Shown: piece by piece, positions 47,050 through 60,547 of the stretch
How the letters are laid out: each line of letters starts with the position of its first letter
Position numbering within the stretch: the first letter of the stretch is position 1
NCBI GenBank assembly: GCA_950097015.1
Contig: CATNEN010000005.1
Span: 2,604,001-2,668,000, forward strand
Source of the DNA: Macrostomum hystrix
Lineage: Eukaryota > Animalia > Platyhelminthes
Length of the DNA stretch: 64,000 nt
Direction: 5' to 3'
Made by a program: the position numbers and the translations under genes
The notes under the pieces: model-generated
Database searches by the model: none
What the model was told of the DNA's origin: nothing
The model's input: the letters and a program-made list of their open reading frames with translations, nothing else

Positions 47050-50000
47050 GCCACCCTTATCCTCTGTGCTACATCATTATCCCCTGTGCTACATCTCTAT
47101 CCCCTGTGCCACATCTCTATCCCCTGTGCCACATCTCTATCCTCTGTGCCACATCTCTATCCCCTGTGCCACATCTCTATCCTCTGTGCCACATCTCTAT
47201 CCTTTGTGCTACATCTCTATCCTCTGTGCCATATCTCTATTCTCTATCCTCTGTGCCACATCATTATCCTCTGTGCTACATCATTATCCCCTGTGCTACA
47301 TCTCTATCCCCTGTGCTACATCTCTATCCCCTGTGCTACATCTCTATCCCCTGTGCCACATCTCTATCCTCTGTGCTACATCTCTATCCTCTGTGCCACA
47401 TCTCAGGGGCGAGTGGGGTCAGCGGCTAACGTCGCTGCCTCGCACTCCAAAGGACGCTAGTTCGATTCACCCTTCAAGTCACGATTAATTTCGGTACTTG
47501 TTCGGGGGGTTCGGACAGTAGCGACCGGCGGAGGTGCACCATATTTCGTGCAATCAAAGCTTGAAAAATAGCTTCGCTCCTACCTTCTGTGTGACTGTTC
47601 TGCGTTGTATGAGTTATGTGCGTTGGCGCTGGGGCGTTAGACCTTGCGGGGGGTGGCTGGGGGGCGGGTGTACACCGCCGCGTGCTCATCTGGATTTCCG
47701 TCAGCGCGATTGGATAAAGTGTACACTCGCCACCCGGCCCCCCCTGAGGACTGATTTCTATCAGCCTTCCGCCCCGGCTTGGTCTGCTCTGTGCGTGTGC
47801 GGGCCTGGGGTGAGAGGCACTCCGGCTGCCGCCCCCTTCCCCGCTTAGCTTGCTGCTGTGTGTGTGAGGTGCCTGCTCAGGGGAGGCGGCGCGATGGGCG
47901 GCTTTCGCCTAGTTCGCCGGCCTGGGGGCATGCCGTTCCTGTGTCTGTGCGTCAGGTGCCCCAGGCCCCCCTGCAAAGTAAGTAAGTAAGTAAGTGCCAC
48001 ATCTCTATCCTCTGTGCTACATCTCTATCCCCTGTGCCACATCTCTATCCTCTGTGCCACATCTCTATCCCCTGTGCTACATCTCTATCCTCTGTGCCAC
48101 ATCTCTATCCTCTGTGCTACATCTCAATCCTCTGTGCCACATCTCTATCCTCTGTGCCACATCTCTATCCTCTGTGCCACATCTCTATCCCCTGTGCTAC
48201 ATCTCTATCCTCTGTGCTACATCTCAATCCTCTGTGCCACATCTCTATCCTCTGTGCCACATCTCTATCCTCTGTGCCACATCTCTATCCCCTGTGCTAC
48301 ATCTCTATCCTCTGTGCTACATCTCAATCCTCTGTGCCACATAATTATCCCCTGTGCTACATCTCTATCCCCTGTGCTACATCTCTATCCCCTGTGCCAC
48401 ATCTCTATCCTCTGTGCCACATCTCTATCCTCTGTGCCACATCTCTATCCCCTGTGTCACATCTCTATCCTCTGTGCCACATCTCTATCCTGTGTGCTAC
48501 ATCTCTATCCCCTGTGCCACATCTCTATCCTCTGTGCCACATCTCTATCCCCTGTGCCACATCTCTATCCTCTGTGCCACATCTCTATCCTTTGTGCTAC
48601 ATCTCTATCCTCTGTGCCATATCTCTATTCTCTATCCTCTGTGCCACATCATTATCCTCTGTGCTACATCATTATCCCCTGTGCTACATCTCTATCCCCT
48701 GTGCTACATCTCTATCCCCTGTGCTACATCTCTATCCCCTGTGCCACATCTCTATCCTCTGTGCTACATCTCTATCCTCTGTGCCACATCTCAGGGGCGA
48801 GTGGGGTCAGCGGCTAACGTCGCTGCCTCGCACTCCAAAGGACGCTAGTTCGATTCACCCTTCAAGTCACGATTAATTTCGGTACTTGTTCGGGGGGTTC
48901 GGACAGTAGCGACCGGCGGAGGTGCACCATATTTCGTGCAATCAAAGCTTGAAAAATAGCTTCGCTCCTACCTTCTGTGTGACTGTTCTGCGTTGTATGA
49001 GTTATGTGCGTTGGCGCTGGGGCGTTAGACCTTGCGGGGGGTGGCTGGGGGGCGGGTGTACACCGCCGCGTGCTCATCTGGATTTCCGTCAGCGCGATTG
49101 GATAAAGTGTACACTCGCCACCCGGCCCCCCCTGAGGACTGATTTCTATCAGCCTTCCGCCCCGGCTTGGTCTGCTCTGTGCGTGTGCGGGCCTGGGGTG
49201 AGAGGCACTCCGGCTGCCGCCCCCTTCCCCGCTTAGCTTGCTGCTGTGTGTGTGAGGTGCCTGCTCAGGGGAGGCGGCGCGATGGGCGGCTTTCGCCTAG
49301 TTCGCCGGCCTGGGGGCATGCCGTTCCTGTGTCTGTGCGTCAGGTGCCCCAGGCCCCCCTGCAAAGTAAGTAAGTAAGTAAGTGCCACATCTCTATCCTC
49401 TGTGCTACATCTCTATCCCCTGTGCCACATCTCTATCCTCTGTGCCACATCTCTATCCCCTGTGCTACATCTCTATCCTCTGTGCCACATCTCTATCCTC
49501 TGTGCTACATCTCAATCCTCTGTGCCACATCTCTATCCTCTGTGCCACATCTCTATCCTCTGTGCCACATCTCTATCCCCTGTGCTACATCTCTATCCTC
49601 TGTGCTACATCTCAATCCTCTGTGCCACATCTCTATCCTCTGTGCCACATCTCTATCCTCTGTGCCACATCTCTATCCCCTGTGCTACATCTCTATCCTC
49701 TGTGCTACATCTCAATCCTCTGTGCCACATAATTATCCCCTGTGCTACATCTCTATCCCCTGTGCTACATCTCTATCCCCTGTGCCACATCTCTATCCTC
49801 TGTGCCACATCTCTATCCTCTGTGCCACATCTCTATCCCCTGTGTCACATCTCTATCCTCTGTGCCACATCTCTATCCTGTGTGCTACATCTCTATCCCC
49901 TGTGCTACATCTCTATCCCCTGTGCCACATCTCTATCCTCTGTGCCACATCTCTATCCTGTGTGCTACATCTCTATCCTCTGTGCCACATCTCAGGGGCG

Positions 50001-53000
50001 AGTGGGGTCAGCGGCTAACGTCGCTGCCTCGCACTCCAAAGGACGCTAGTTCGATTCACCCTTCAAGTCACGATTAATTTCGGTACTTGTTCGGGGGGTT
50101 CGGACAGTAGCGACCGGCGGAGGTGCACCATATTTCGTGCAATCAAAGCTTGAAAAATAGCTTCGCTCCTACCTTCTGTGTGACTGTTCTGCGTTGTATG
50201 AGTTATGTGCGTTGGCGCTGGGGCGTTAGACCTTGCGGGGGGTGGCTGGGGGGCGGGTGTACACCGCCGCGTGCTCATCTGGATTTCCGTCAGCGCGATT
50301 GGATAAAGTGTACACTCGCCACCCGGCCCCCCCTGAGGACTGATTTCTATCAGCCTTCCGCCCCGGCTTGGTCTGCTCTGTGCGTGTGCGGGCCTGGGGT
50401 GAGAGGCACTCCGGCTGCCGCCCCCTTCCCCGCTTAGCTTGCTGCTGTGTGTGTGAGGTGCCTGCTCAGGGGAGGCGGCGCGATGGGCGGCTTTCGCCTA
50501 GTTCGCCGGCCTGGGGGCATGCCGTTCCTGTGTCTGTGCGTCAGGTGCCCCAGGCCCCCCTGCAAAGTAAGTAAGTAAGTAAGTGCCACATCTCTATCCT
50601 CTGTGCTACATCTCTATCCCCTGTGCCACATCTCTATCCTCTGTGCCACATCTCTATCCCCTGTGCTACATCTCTATCCTCTGTGCCACATCTCTATCCT
50701 CTGTGCTACATCTCAATCCTCTGTGCCACATCTCTATCCTCTGTGCCACATCTCTATCCTCTGTGCCACATCTCTATCCCCTGTGCTACATCTCTATCCT
50801 CTGTGCTACATCTCAATCCTCTGTGCCACATCTCTATCCTCTGTGCCACATCTCTATCCTCTGTGCCACATCTCTATCCCCTGTGCTACATCTCTATCCT
50901 CTGTGCTACATCTCAATCCTCTGTGCCACATAATTATCCCCTGTGCTACATCTCTATCCCCTGTGCTACATCTCTATCCCCTGTGCCACATCTCTATCCT
51001 CTGTGCCACATCTCTATCCTCTGTGCCACATCTCTATCCCCTGTGTCACATCTCTATCCTCTGTGCCACATCTCTATCCTGTGTGCTACATCTCTATCCC
51101 CTGTGCCACATCTCTATCCTCTGTGCCACATCTCTATCCCCTGTGCCACATCTCTATCCTCTGTGCCACATCTCTATCCTTTGTGCTACATCTCTATCCT
51201 CTGTGCCATATCTCTATTCTCTATCCTCTGTGCCACATCATTATCCTCTGTGCTACATCATTATCCCCTGTGCTACATCTCTATCCCCTGTGCTACATCT
51301 CTATCCCCTGTGCTACATCTCTATCCCCTGTGCCACATCTCTATCCTCTGTGCTACATCTCTATCCTCTGTGCCACATCTCAGGGGCGAGTGGGGTCAGC
51401 GGCTAACGTCGCTGCCTCGCACTCCAAAGGACGCTAGTTCGATTCACCCTTCAAGTCACGATTAATTTCGGTACTTGTTCGGGGGGTTCGGACAGTAGCG
51501 ACCGGCGGAGGTGCACCATATTTCGTGCAATCAAAGCTTGAAAAATAGCTTCGCTCCTACCTTCTGTGTGACTGTTCTGCGTTGTATGAGTTATGTGCGT
51601 TGGCGCTGGGGCGTTAGACCTTGCGGGGGGTGGCTGGGGGGCGGGTGTACACCGCCGCGTGCTCATCTGGATTTCCGTCAGCGCGATTGGATAAAGTGTA
51701 CACTCGCCACCCGGCCCCCCCTGAGGACTGATTTCTATCAGCCTTCCGCCCCGGCTTGGTCTGCTCTGTGCGTGTGCGGGCCTGGGGTGAGAGGCACTCC
51801 GGCTGCCGCCCCCTTCCCCGCTTAGCTTGCTGCTGTGTGTGTGAGGTGCCTGCTCAGGGGAGGCGGCGCGATGGGCGGCTTTCGCCTAGTTCGCCGGCCT
51901 GGGGGCATGCCGTTCCTGTGTCTGTGCGTCAGGTGCCCCAGGCCCCCCTGCAAAGTAAGTAAGTAAGTAAGTGCCACATCTCTATCCTCTGTGCTACATC
52001 TCTATCCCCTGTGCCACATCTCTATCCTCTGTGCCACATCTCTATCCCCTGTGCTACATCTCTATCCTCTGTGCCACATCTCTATCCTCTGTGCTACATC
52101 TCAATCCTCTGTGCCACATCTCTATCCTCTGTGCCACATCTCTATCCTCTGTGCCACATCTCTATCCCCTGTGCTACATCTCTATCCTCTGTGCTACATC
52201 TCAATCCTCTGTGCCACATCTCTATCCTCTGTGCCACATCTCTATCCTCTGTGCCACATCTCTATCCCCTGTGCTACATCTCTATCCTCTGTGCTACATC
52301 TCAATCCTCTGTGCCACATAATTATCCCCTGTGCTACATCTCTATCCCCTGTGCTACATCTCTATCCCCTGTGCCACATCTCTATCCTCTGTGCCACATC
52401 TCTATCCTCTGTGCCACATCTCTATCCCCTGTGTCACATCTCTATCCTCTGTGCCACATCTCTATCCTGTGTGCTACATCTCTATCCCCTGTGCTACATC
52501 TCTATCCCCTGTGCCACATCTCTATCCTCTGTGCCACATCTCTATCCTGTGTGCTACATCTCTATCCTCTGTGCCACATCTCAGGGGCGAGTGGGGTCAG
52601 CGGCTAACGTCGCTGCCTCGCACTCCAAAGGACGCTAGTTCGATTCACCCTTCAAGTCACGATTAATTTCGGTACTTGTTCGGGGGGTTCGGACAGTAGC
52701 GACCGGCGGAGGTGCACCATATTTCGTGCAATCAAAGCTTGAAAAATAGCTTCGCTCCTACCTTCTGTGTGACTGTTCTGCGTTGTATGAGTTATGTGCG
52801 TTGGCGCTGGGGCGTTAGACCTTGCGGGGGGTGGCTGGGGGGCGGGTGTACACCGCCGCGTGCTCATCTGGATTTCCGTCAGCGCGATTGGATAAAGTGT
52901 ACACTCGCCACCCGGCCCCCCCTGAGGACTGATTTCTATCAGCCTTCCGCCCCGGCTTGGTCTGCTCTGTGCGTGTGCGGGCCTGGGGTGAGAGGCACTC

Positions 53001-56000
53001 CGGCTGCCGCCCCCTTCCCCGCTTAGCTTGCTGCTGTGTGTGTGAGGTGCCTGCTCAGGGGAGGCGGCGCGATGGGCGGCTTTCGCCTAGTTCGCCGGCC
53101 TGGGGGCATGCCGTTCCTGTGTCTGTGCGTCAGGTGCCCCAGGCCCCCCTGCAAAGTAAGTAAGTAAGTAAGTGCCACATCTCTATCCTCTGTGCTACAT
53201 CTCTATCCCCTGTGCCACATCTCTATCCTCTGTGCCACATCTCTATCCCCTGTGCTACATCTCTATCCTCTGTGCCACATCTCTATCCTCTGTGCTACAT
53301 CTCAATCCTCTGTGCCACATCTCTATCCTCTGTGCCACATCTCTATCCTCTGTGCCACATCTCTATCCCCTGTGCTACATCTCTATCCTCTGTGCTACAT
53401 CTCAATCCTCTGTGCCACATCTCTATCCTCTGTGCCACATCTCTATCCTCTGTGCCACATCTCTATCCCCTGTGCTACATCTCTATCCTCTGTGCTACAT
53501 CTCAATCCTCTGTGCCACATAATTATCCCCTGTGCTACATCTCTATCCCCTGTGCTACATCTCTATCCCCTGTGCCACATCTCTATCCTCTGTGCCACAT
53601 CTCTATCCTCTGTGCCACATCTCTATCCCCTGTGTCACATCTCTATCCTCTGTGCCACATCTCTATCCTGTGTGCTACATCTCTATCCCCTGTGCTACAT
53701 CTCTATCCCCTGTGCCACATCTCTATCCTCTGTGCCACATCTCTATCCTGTGTGCTACATCTCTATCCCCTGTGCCACATCTCTATCCTCTGTGCCACAT
53801 CTCTATCCCCTGTGCCACATCTCTATCCTCTGTGCCACATCTCTATCCTTTGTGCTACATCTCTATCCTCTGTGCCATATCTCTATTCTCTATCCTCTGT
53901 GCCACATCATTATCCTCTGTGCTACATCATTATCCCCTGTGCTACATCTCTATCCCCTGTGCCACATCTCTATCCTCTGTGCTACATCTCTATCCTCTGT
54001 GCCACATCTCAGGGGCGAGTGGGGTCAGCGGCTAACGTCGCTGCCTCGCACTCCAAAGGACGCTAGTTCGATTCACCCTTCAAGTCACGATTAATTTCGG
54101 TACTTGTTCGGGGGGTTCGGACAGTAGCGACCGGCGGAGGTGCACCATATTTCGTGCAATCAAAGCTTGAAAAATAGCTTCGCTCCTACCTTCTGTGTGA
54201 CTGTTCTGCGTTGTATGAGTTATGTGCGTTGGCGCTGGGGCGTTAGACCTTGCGGGGGGTGGCTGGGGGGCGGGTGTACACCGCCGCGTGCTCATCTGGA
54301 TTTCCGTCAGCGCGATTGGATAAAGTGTACACTCGCCACCCGGCCCCCCCTGAGGACTGATTTCTATCAGCCTTCCGCCCCGGCTTGGTCTGCTCTGTGC
54401 GTGTGCGGGCCTGGGGTGAGAGGCACTCCGGCTGCCGCCCCCTTCCCCGCTTAGCTTGCTGCTGTGTGTGTGAGGTGCCTGCTCAGGGGAGGCGGCGCGA
54501 TGGGCGGCTTTCGCCTAGTTCGCCGGCCTGGGGGCATGCCGTTCCTGTGTCTGTGCGTCAGGTGCCCCAGGCCCCCCTGCAAAGTAAGTAAGTAAGTAAG
54601 TGCCACATCTCTATCCTCTGTGCTACATCTCTATCCCCTGTGCCACATCTCTATCCTCTGTGCCACATCTCTATCCCCTGTGCTACATCTCTATCCTCTG
54701 TGCCACATCTCTATCCTCTGTGCTACATCTCAATCCTCTGTGCCACATCTCTATCCTCTGTGCCACATCTCTATCCTCTGTGCCACATCTCTATCCCCTG
54801 TGCTACATCTCTATCCTCTGTGCTACATCTCAATCCTCTGTGCCACATCTCTATCCTCTGTGCCACATCTCTATCCTCTGTGCCACATCTCTATCCCCTG
54901 TGCTACATCTCTATCCTCTGTGCTACATCTCAATCCTCTGTGCCACATAATTATCCCCTGTGCTACATCTCTATCCCCTGTGCTACATCTCTATCCCCTG
55001 TGCCACATCTCTATCCTCTGTGCCACATCTCTATCCTCTGTGCCACATCTCTATCCCCTGTGTCACATCTCTATCCTCTGTGCCACATCTCTATCCTGTG
55101 TGCTACATCTCTATCCCCTGTGCTACATCTCTATCCCCTGTGCCACATCTCTATCCTCTGTGCCACATCTCTATCCTGTGTGCTACATCTCTATCCCCTG
55201 TGCCACATCTCTATCCTCTGTGCCACATCTCTATCCCCTGTGCCACATCTCTATCCTCTGTGCCACATCTCTATCCTTTGTGCTACATCTCTATCCTCTG
55301 TGCCATATCTCTATTCTCTATCCTCTGTGCCACATCATTATCCTCTGTGCTACATCATTATCCCCTGTGCTACATCTCTATCCCCTGTGCTACATCTCTA
55401 TCCCCTGTGCTACATCTCTATCCCCTGTGCCACATCTCTATCCTCTGTGCTACATCTCTATCCTCTGTGCCACATCTCAGGGGCGAGTGGGGTCAGCGGC
55501 TAACGTCGCTGCCTCGCACTCCAAAGGACGCTAGTTCGATTCACCCTTCAAGTCACGATTAATTTCGGTACTTGTTCGGGGGGTTCGGACAGTAGCGACC
55601 GGCGGAGGTGCACCATATTTCGTGCAATCAAAGCTTGAAAAATAGCTTCGCTCCTACCTTCTGTGTGACTGTTCTGCGTTGTATGAGTTATGTGCGTTGG
55701 CGCTGGGGCGTTAGACCTTGCGGGGGGTGGCTGGGGGGCGGGTGTACACCGCCGCGTGCTCATCTGGATTTCCGTCAGCGCGATTGGATAAAGTGTACAC
55801 TCGCCACCCGGCCCCCCCTGAGGACTGATTTCTATCAGCCTTCCGCCCCGGCTTGGTCTGCTCTGTGCGTGTGCGGGCCTGGGGTGAGAGGCACTCCGGC
55901 TGCCGCCCCCTTCCCCGCTTAGCTTGCTGCTGTGTGTGTGAGGTGCCTGCTCAGGGGAGGCGGCGCGATGGGCGGCTTTCGCCTAGTTCGCCGGCCTGGG

Positions 56001-59000
56001 GGCATGCCGTTCCTGTGTCTGTGCGTCAGGTGCCCCAGGCCCCCCTGCAAAGTAAGTAAGTAAGTAAGTGCCACATCTCTATCCTCTGTGCTACATCTCT
56101 ATCCCCTGTGCCACATCTCTATCCTCTGTGCCACATCTCTATCCCCTGTGCTACATCTCTATCCTCTGTGCCACATCTCTATCCTCTGTGCTACATCTCA
56201 ATCCTCTGTGCCACATCTCTATCCTCTGTGCCACATCTCTATCCTCTGTGCCACATCTCTATCCCCTGTGCTACATCTCTATCCTCTGTGCTACATCTCA
56301 ATCCTCTGTGCCACATCTCTATCCTCTGTGCCACATCTCTATCCTCTGTGCCACATCTCTATCCCCTGTGCTACATCTCTATCCTCTGTGCTACATCTCA
56401 ATCCTCTGTGCCACATAATTATCCCCTGTGCTACATCTCTATCCCCTGTGCTACATCTCTATCCCCTGTGCCACATCTCTATCCTCTGTGCCACATCTCT
56501 ATCCTCTGTGCCACATCTCTATCCCCTGTGTCACATCTCTATCCTCTGTGCCACATCTCTATCCTGTGTGCTACATCTCTATCCCCTGTGCCACATCTCT
56601 ATCCTCTGTGCCACATCTCTATCCCCTGTGCCACATCTCTATCCTCTGTGCCACATCTCTATCCTTTGTGCTACATCTCTATCCTCTGTGCCATATCTCT
56701 ATTCTCTATCCTCTGTGCCACATCATTATCCTCTGTGCTACATCATTATCCCCTGTGCTACATCTCTATCCCCTGTGCTACATCTCTATCCCCTGTGCTA
56801 CATCTCTATCCCCTGTGCCACATCTCTATCCTCTGTGCTACATCTCTATCCTCTGTGCCACATCTCAGGGGCGAGTGGGGTCAGCGGCTAACGTCGCTGC
56901 CTCGCACTCCAAAGGACGCTAGTTCGATTCACCCTTCAAGTCACGATTAATTTCGGTACTTGTTCGGGGGGTTCGGACAGTAGCGACCGGCGGAGGTGCA
57001 CCATATTTCGTGCAATCAAAGCTTGAAAAATAGCTTCGCTCCTACCTTCTGTGTGACTGTTCTGCGTTGTATGAGTTATGTGCGTTGGCGCTGGGGCGTT
57101 AGACCTTGCGGGGGGTGGCTGGGGGGCGGGTGTACACCGCCGCGTGCTCATCTGGATTTCCGTCAGCGCGATTGGATAAAGTGTACACTCGCCACCCGGC
57201 CCCCCCTGAGGACTGATTTCTATCAGCCTTCCGCCCCGGCTTGGTCTGCTCTGTGCGTGTGCGGGCCTGGGGTGAGAGGCACTCCGGCTGCCGCCCCCTT
57301 CCCCGCTTAGCTTGCTGCTGTGTGTGTGAGGTGCCTGCTCAGGGGAGGCGGCGCGATGGGCGGCTTTCGCCTAGTTCGCCGGCCTGGGGGCATGCCGTTC
57401 CTGTGTCTGTGCGTCAGGTGCCCCAGGCCCCCCTGCAAAGTAAGTAAGTAAGTAAGTGCCACATCTCTATCCTCTGTGCTACATCTCTATCCCCTGTGCC
57501 ACATCTCTATCCTCTGTGCCACATCTCTATCCCCTGTGCTACATCTCTATCCTCTGTGCCACATCTCTATCCTCTGTGCTACATCTCAATCCTCTGTGCC
57601 ACATCTCTATCCTCTGTGCCACATCTCTATCCTCTGTGCCACATCTCTATCCCCTGTGCTACATCTCTATCCTCTGTGCTACATCTCAATCCTCTGTGCC
57701 ACATCTCTATCCTCTGTGCCACATCTCTATCCTCTGTGCCACATCTCTATCCCCTGTGCTACATCTCTATCCTCTGTGCTACATCTCAATCCTCTGTGCC
57801 ACATAATTATCCCCTGTGCTACATCTCTATCCCCTGTGCTACATCTCTATCCCCTGTGCCACATCTCTATCCTCTGTGCCACATCTCTATCCTCTGTGCC
57901 ACATCTCTATCCCCTGTGTCACATCTCTATCCTCTGTGCCACATCTCTATCCTGTGTGCTACATCTCTATCCCCTGTGCTACATCTCTATCCCCTGTGCC
58001 ACATCTCTATCCTCTGTGCCACATCTCTATCCTGTGTGCTACATCTCTATCCCCTGTGCCACATCTCTATCCTCTGTGCCACATCTCTATCCCCTGTGCC
58101 ACATCTCTATCCTCTGTGCCACATCTCTATCCTTTGTGCTACATCTCTATCCTCTGTGCCATATCTCTATTCTCTATCCTCTGTGCCACATCATTATCCT
58201 CTGTGCTACATCATTATCCCCTGTGCTACATCTCTATCCCCTGTGCTACATCTCTATCCCCTGTGCTACATCTCTATCCCCTGTGCCACATCTCTATCCT
58301 CTGTGCTACATCTCTATCCTCTGTGCCACATCTCAGGGGCGAGTGGGGTCAGCGGCTAACGTCGCTGCCTCGCACTCCAAAGGACGCTAGTTCGATTCAC
58401 CCTTCAAGTCACGATTAATTTCGGTACTTGTTCGGGGGGTTCGGACAGTAGCGACCGGCGGAGGTGCACCATATTTCGTGCAATCAAAGCTTGAAAAATA
58501 GCTTCGCTCCTACCTTCTGTGTGACTGTTCTGCGTTGTATGAGTTATGTGCGTTGGCGCTGGGGCGTTAGACCTTGCGGGGGGTGGCTGGGGGGCGGGTG
58601 TACACCGCCGCGTGCTCATCTGGATTTCCGTCAGCGCGATTGGATAAAGTGTACACTCGCCACCCGGCCCCCCCTGAGGACTGATTTCTATCAGCCTTCC
58701 GCCCCGGCTTGGTCTGCTCTGTGCGTGTGCGGGCCTGGGGTGAGAGGCACTCCGGCTGCCGCCCCCTTCCCCGCTTAGCTTGCTGCTGTGTGTGTGAGGT
58801 GCCTGCTCAGGGGAGGCGGCGCGATGGGCGGCTTTCGCCTAGTTCGCCGGCCTGGGGGCATGCCGTTCCTGTGTCTGTGCGTCAGGTGCCCCAGGCCCCC
58901 CTGCAAAGTAAGTAAGTAAGTAAGTGCCACATCTCTATCCTCTGTGCTACATCTCTATCCCCTGTGCCACATCTCTATCCTCTGTGCCACATCTCTATCC

Positions 59001-59950
59001 CCTGTGCTACATCTCTATCCTCTGTGCCACATCTCTATCCTCTGTGCTACATCTCAATCCTCTGTGCCACATCTCTATCCTCTGTGCCACATCTCTATCC
59101 TCTGTGCCACATCTCTATCCCCTGTGCTACATCTCTATCCTCTGTGCTACATCTCAATCCTCTGTGCCACATCTCTATCCTCTGTGCCACATCTCTATCC
59201 TCTGTGCCACATCTCTATCCCCTGTGCTACATCTCTATCCTCTGTGCTACATCTCAATCCTCTGTGCCACATAATTATCCCCTGTGCTACATCTCTATCC
59301 CCTGTGCTACATCTCTATCCCCTGTGCCACATCTCTATCCTCTGTGCCACATCTCTATCCTCTGTGCCACATCTCTATCCCCTGTGTCACATCTCTATCC
59401 TCTGTGCCACATCTCTATCCTGTGTGCTACATCTCTATCCCCTGTGCTACATCTCTATCCCCTGTGCCACATCTCTATCCTCTGTGCCACATCTCTATCC
59501 TCTGTGCCACATCTCTATCCCCTGTGTCACATCTCTATCCTCTGTGCCACATCTCTATCCTGTGTGCTACATCTCTATCCTCTGTGCCATATCTCTATTC
59601 TCTATCCTCTGTGCCACATCATTATCCTCTGTGCTACATCATTATCCCCTGTGCTACATCTCTATCCCCTGTGCTACATCTCTATCCCCTGTGCTACATC
59701 TCTATCCCCTGTGCCACATCTCTATCCTCTGTGCTACATCTCTATCCTCTGTGCCACATCTCTATCCTCTGTGCTACATCGCTATCCTCTGTGCCACATC
59801 TCTATCCTCTGTGCCACATCTCTATCCTCTGTGCCACATCTCTATCCTCTGTGCCACATCCCTATCCCCTGTGCCACATCTCTATCCTCTGTGCCACATC
59901 TCTATACCCTGTGCCACATCTTTATCCTCTGTGCCACATCTCTATCCCTC
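47050..59950. repeat. 20-bp minisatellite (ACATCTCTATCCTCTGTGCC) hosting the SINE array
   Basis: Direct reading. Diagnostic variant units (CTCAATCC, ATAATTATCC, GTGTCACA, +7-nt TCTCTAT) recur in each spacer. It grades into a related TCACATCTCTATCCATTCTT repeat at ~59950-60165. Confidence 0.97.
47405..58923 (+). mobile_element. Nine tandem copies of a 589-bp tRNA-derived SINE-like element (family B), separated by minisatellite
   Basis: Copies start at 47405, 48793, 49994, 51382, 52583, 54011, 55479, 56867 and 58335. Each has a tRNA-like head (GTGGGGTCAGCGGCTAA A-box-like, GTTCGATTC B box), an (AAGT)4 tail and an apparent 12-bp TSD GTGCCACATCTC. ORF-track translations are identical across all nine copies. 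Confidence 0.85.
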
Positions 59951-60547
59951 TCTTTCACATCTCTATCCCTCTTTTTCACATCTCTATTCTTTCTTTCACA
60001 TCTCTATCCATTCTTTCACATCTCTATCCTTTCTTTCACATCTCTATCCATTCTTTCACATCTCTATCCATTCTTTCACATCTCTATCCATTCTTTCACA
60101 TCTCTATCCTTTCTTTCACATCTCTATCCATTCTTTCACATCTCTATCCATTCTTTCACATCTCTTGACCTGTTTTGCAGCAACTCTTAATCAGTTCCGT
60201 ATGAATAGATACAATTACATGTGTTCAAATGCAGTATATAACACAGTTACGGCACAAGTAATCAGTTTTTAGTCACTATCTTAACCGGCGATAAAAGTAC
60301 ATTTACATTGCCTTATATTTCAAAAAGGTTTTTTGGCTGTTGAGAAAATATAAGTAACTTTATACAATGAACAGCCCACTATACTGTACTGGGATAAATC
60401 AATAAGTTTTTTCTTCAGAAATTTTCTGAACTTTAGTGAGCGGGCGGGGGAGGCACAGTACTTGATTATGTATACTGTATTATATTATAGTTAGATTCAT
60501 TACCTATTAGTATTGTTCAACGCATAGTATTTGGTTAAAGAAACCTA

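Noticed and set aside
47474-58915. Repeated 68-104-aa ORFs (MSTRR.., MHHIS.., MVCSV..) and 100-440-aa HLYPLC ORFs
   Set aside because: Chance frames within the GC-rich SINE unit and the 20-bp minisatellite; no domain or coding signal.
47405-58923. CRISPR-like alternation of constant and variable segments
   Set aside because: Eukaryotic context. The constant part is 589 bp and the variable part is a minisatellite rather than unique spacers. No cas genes are present.
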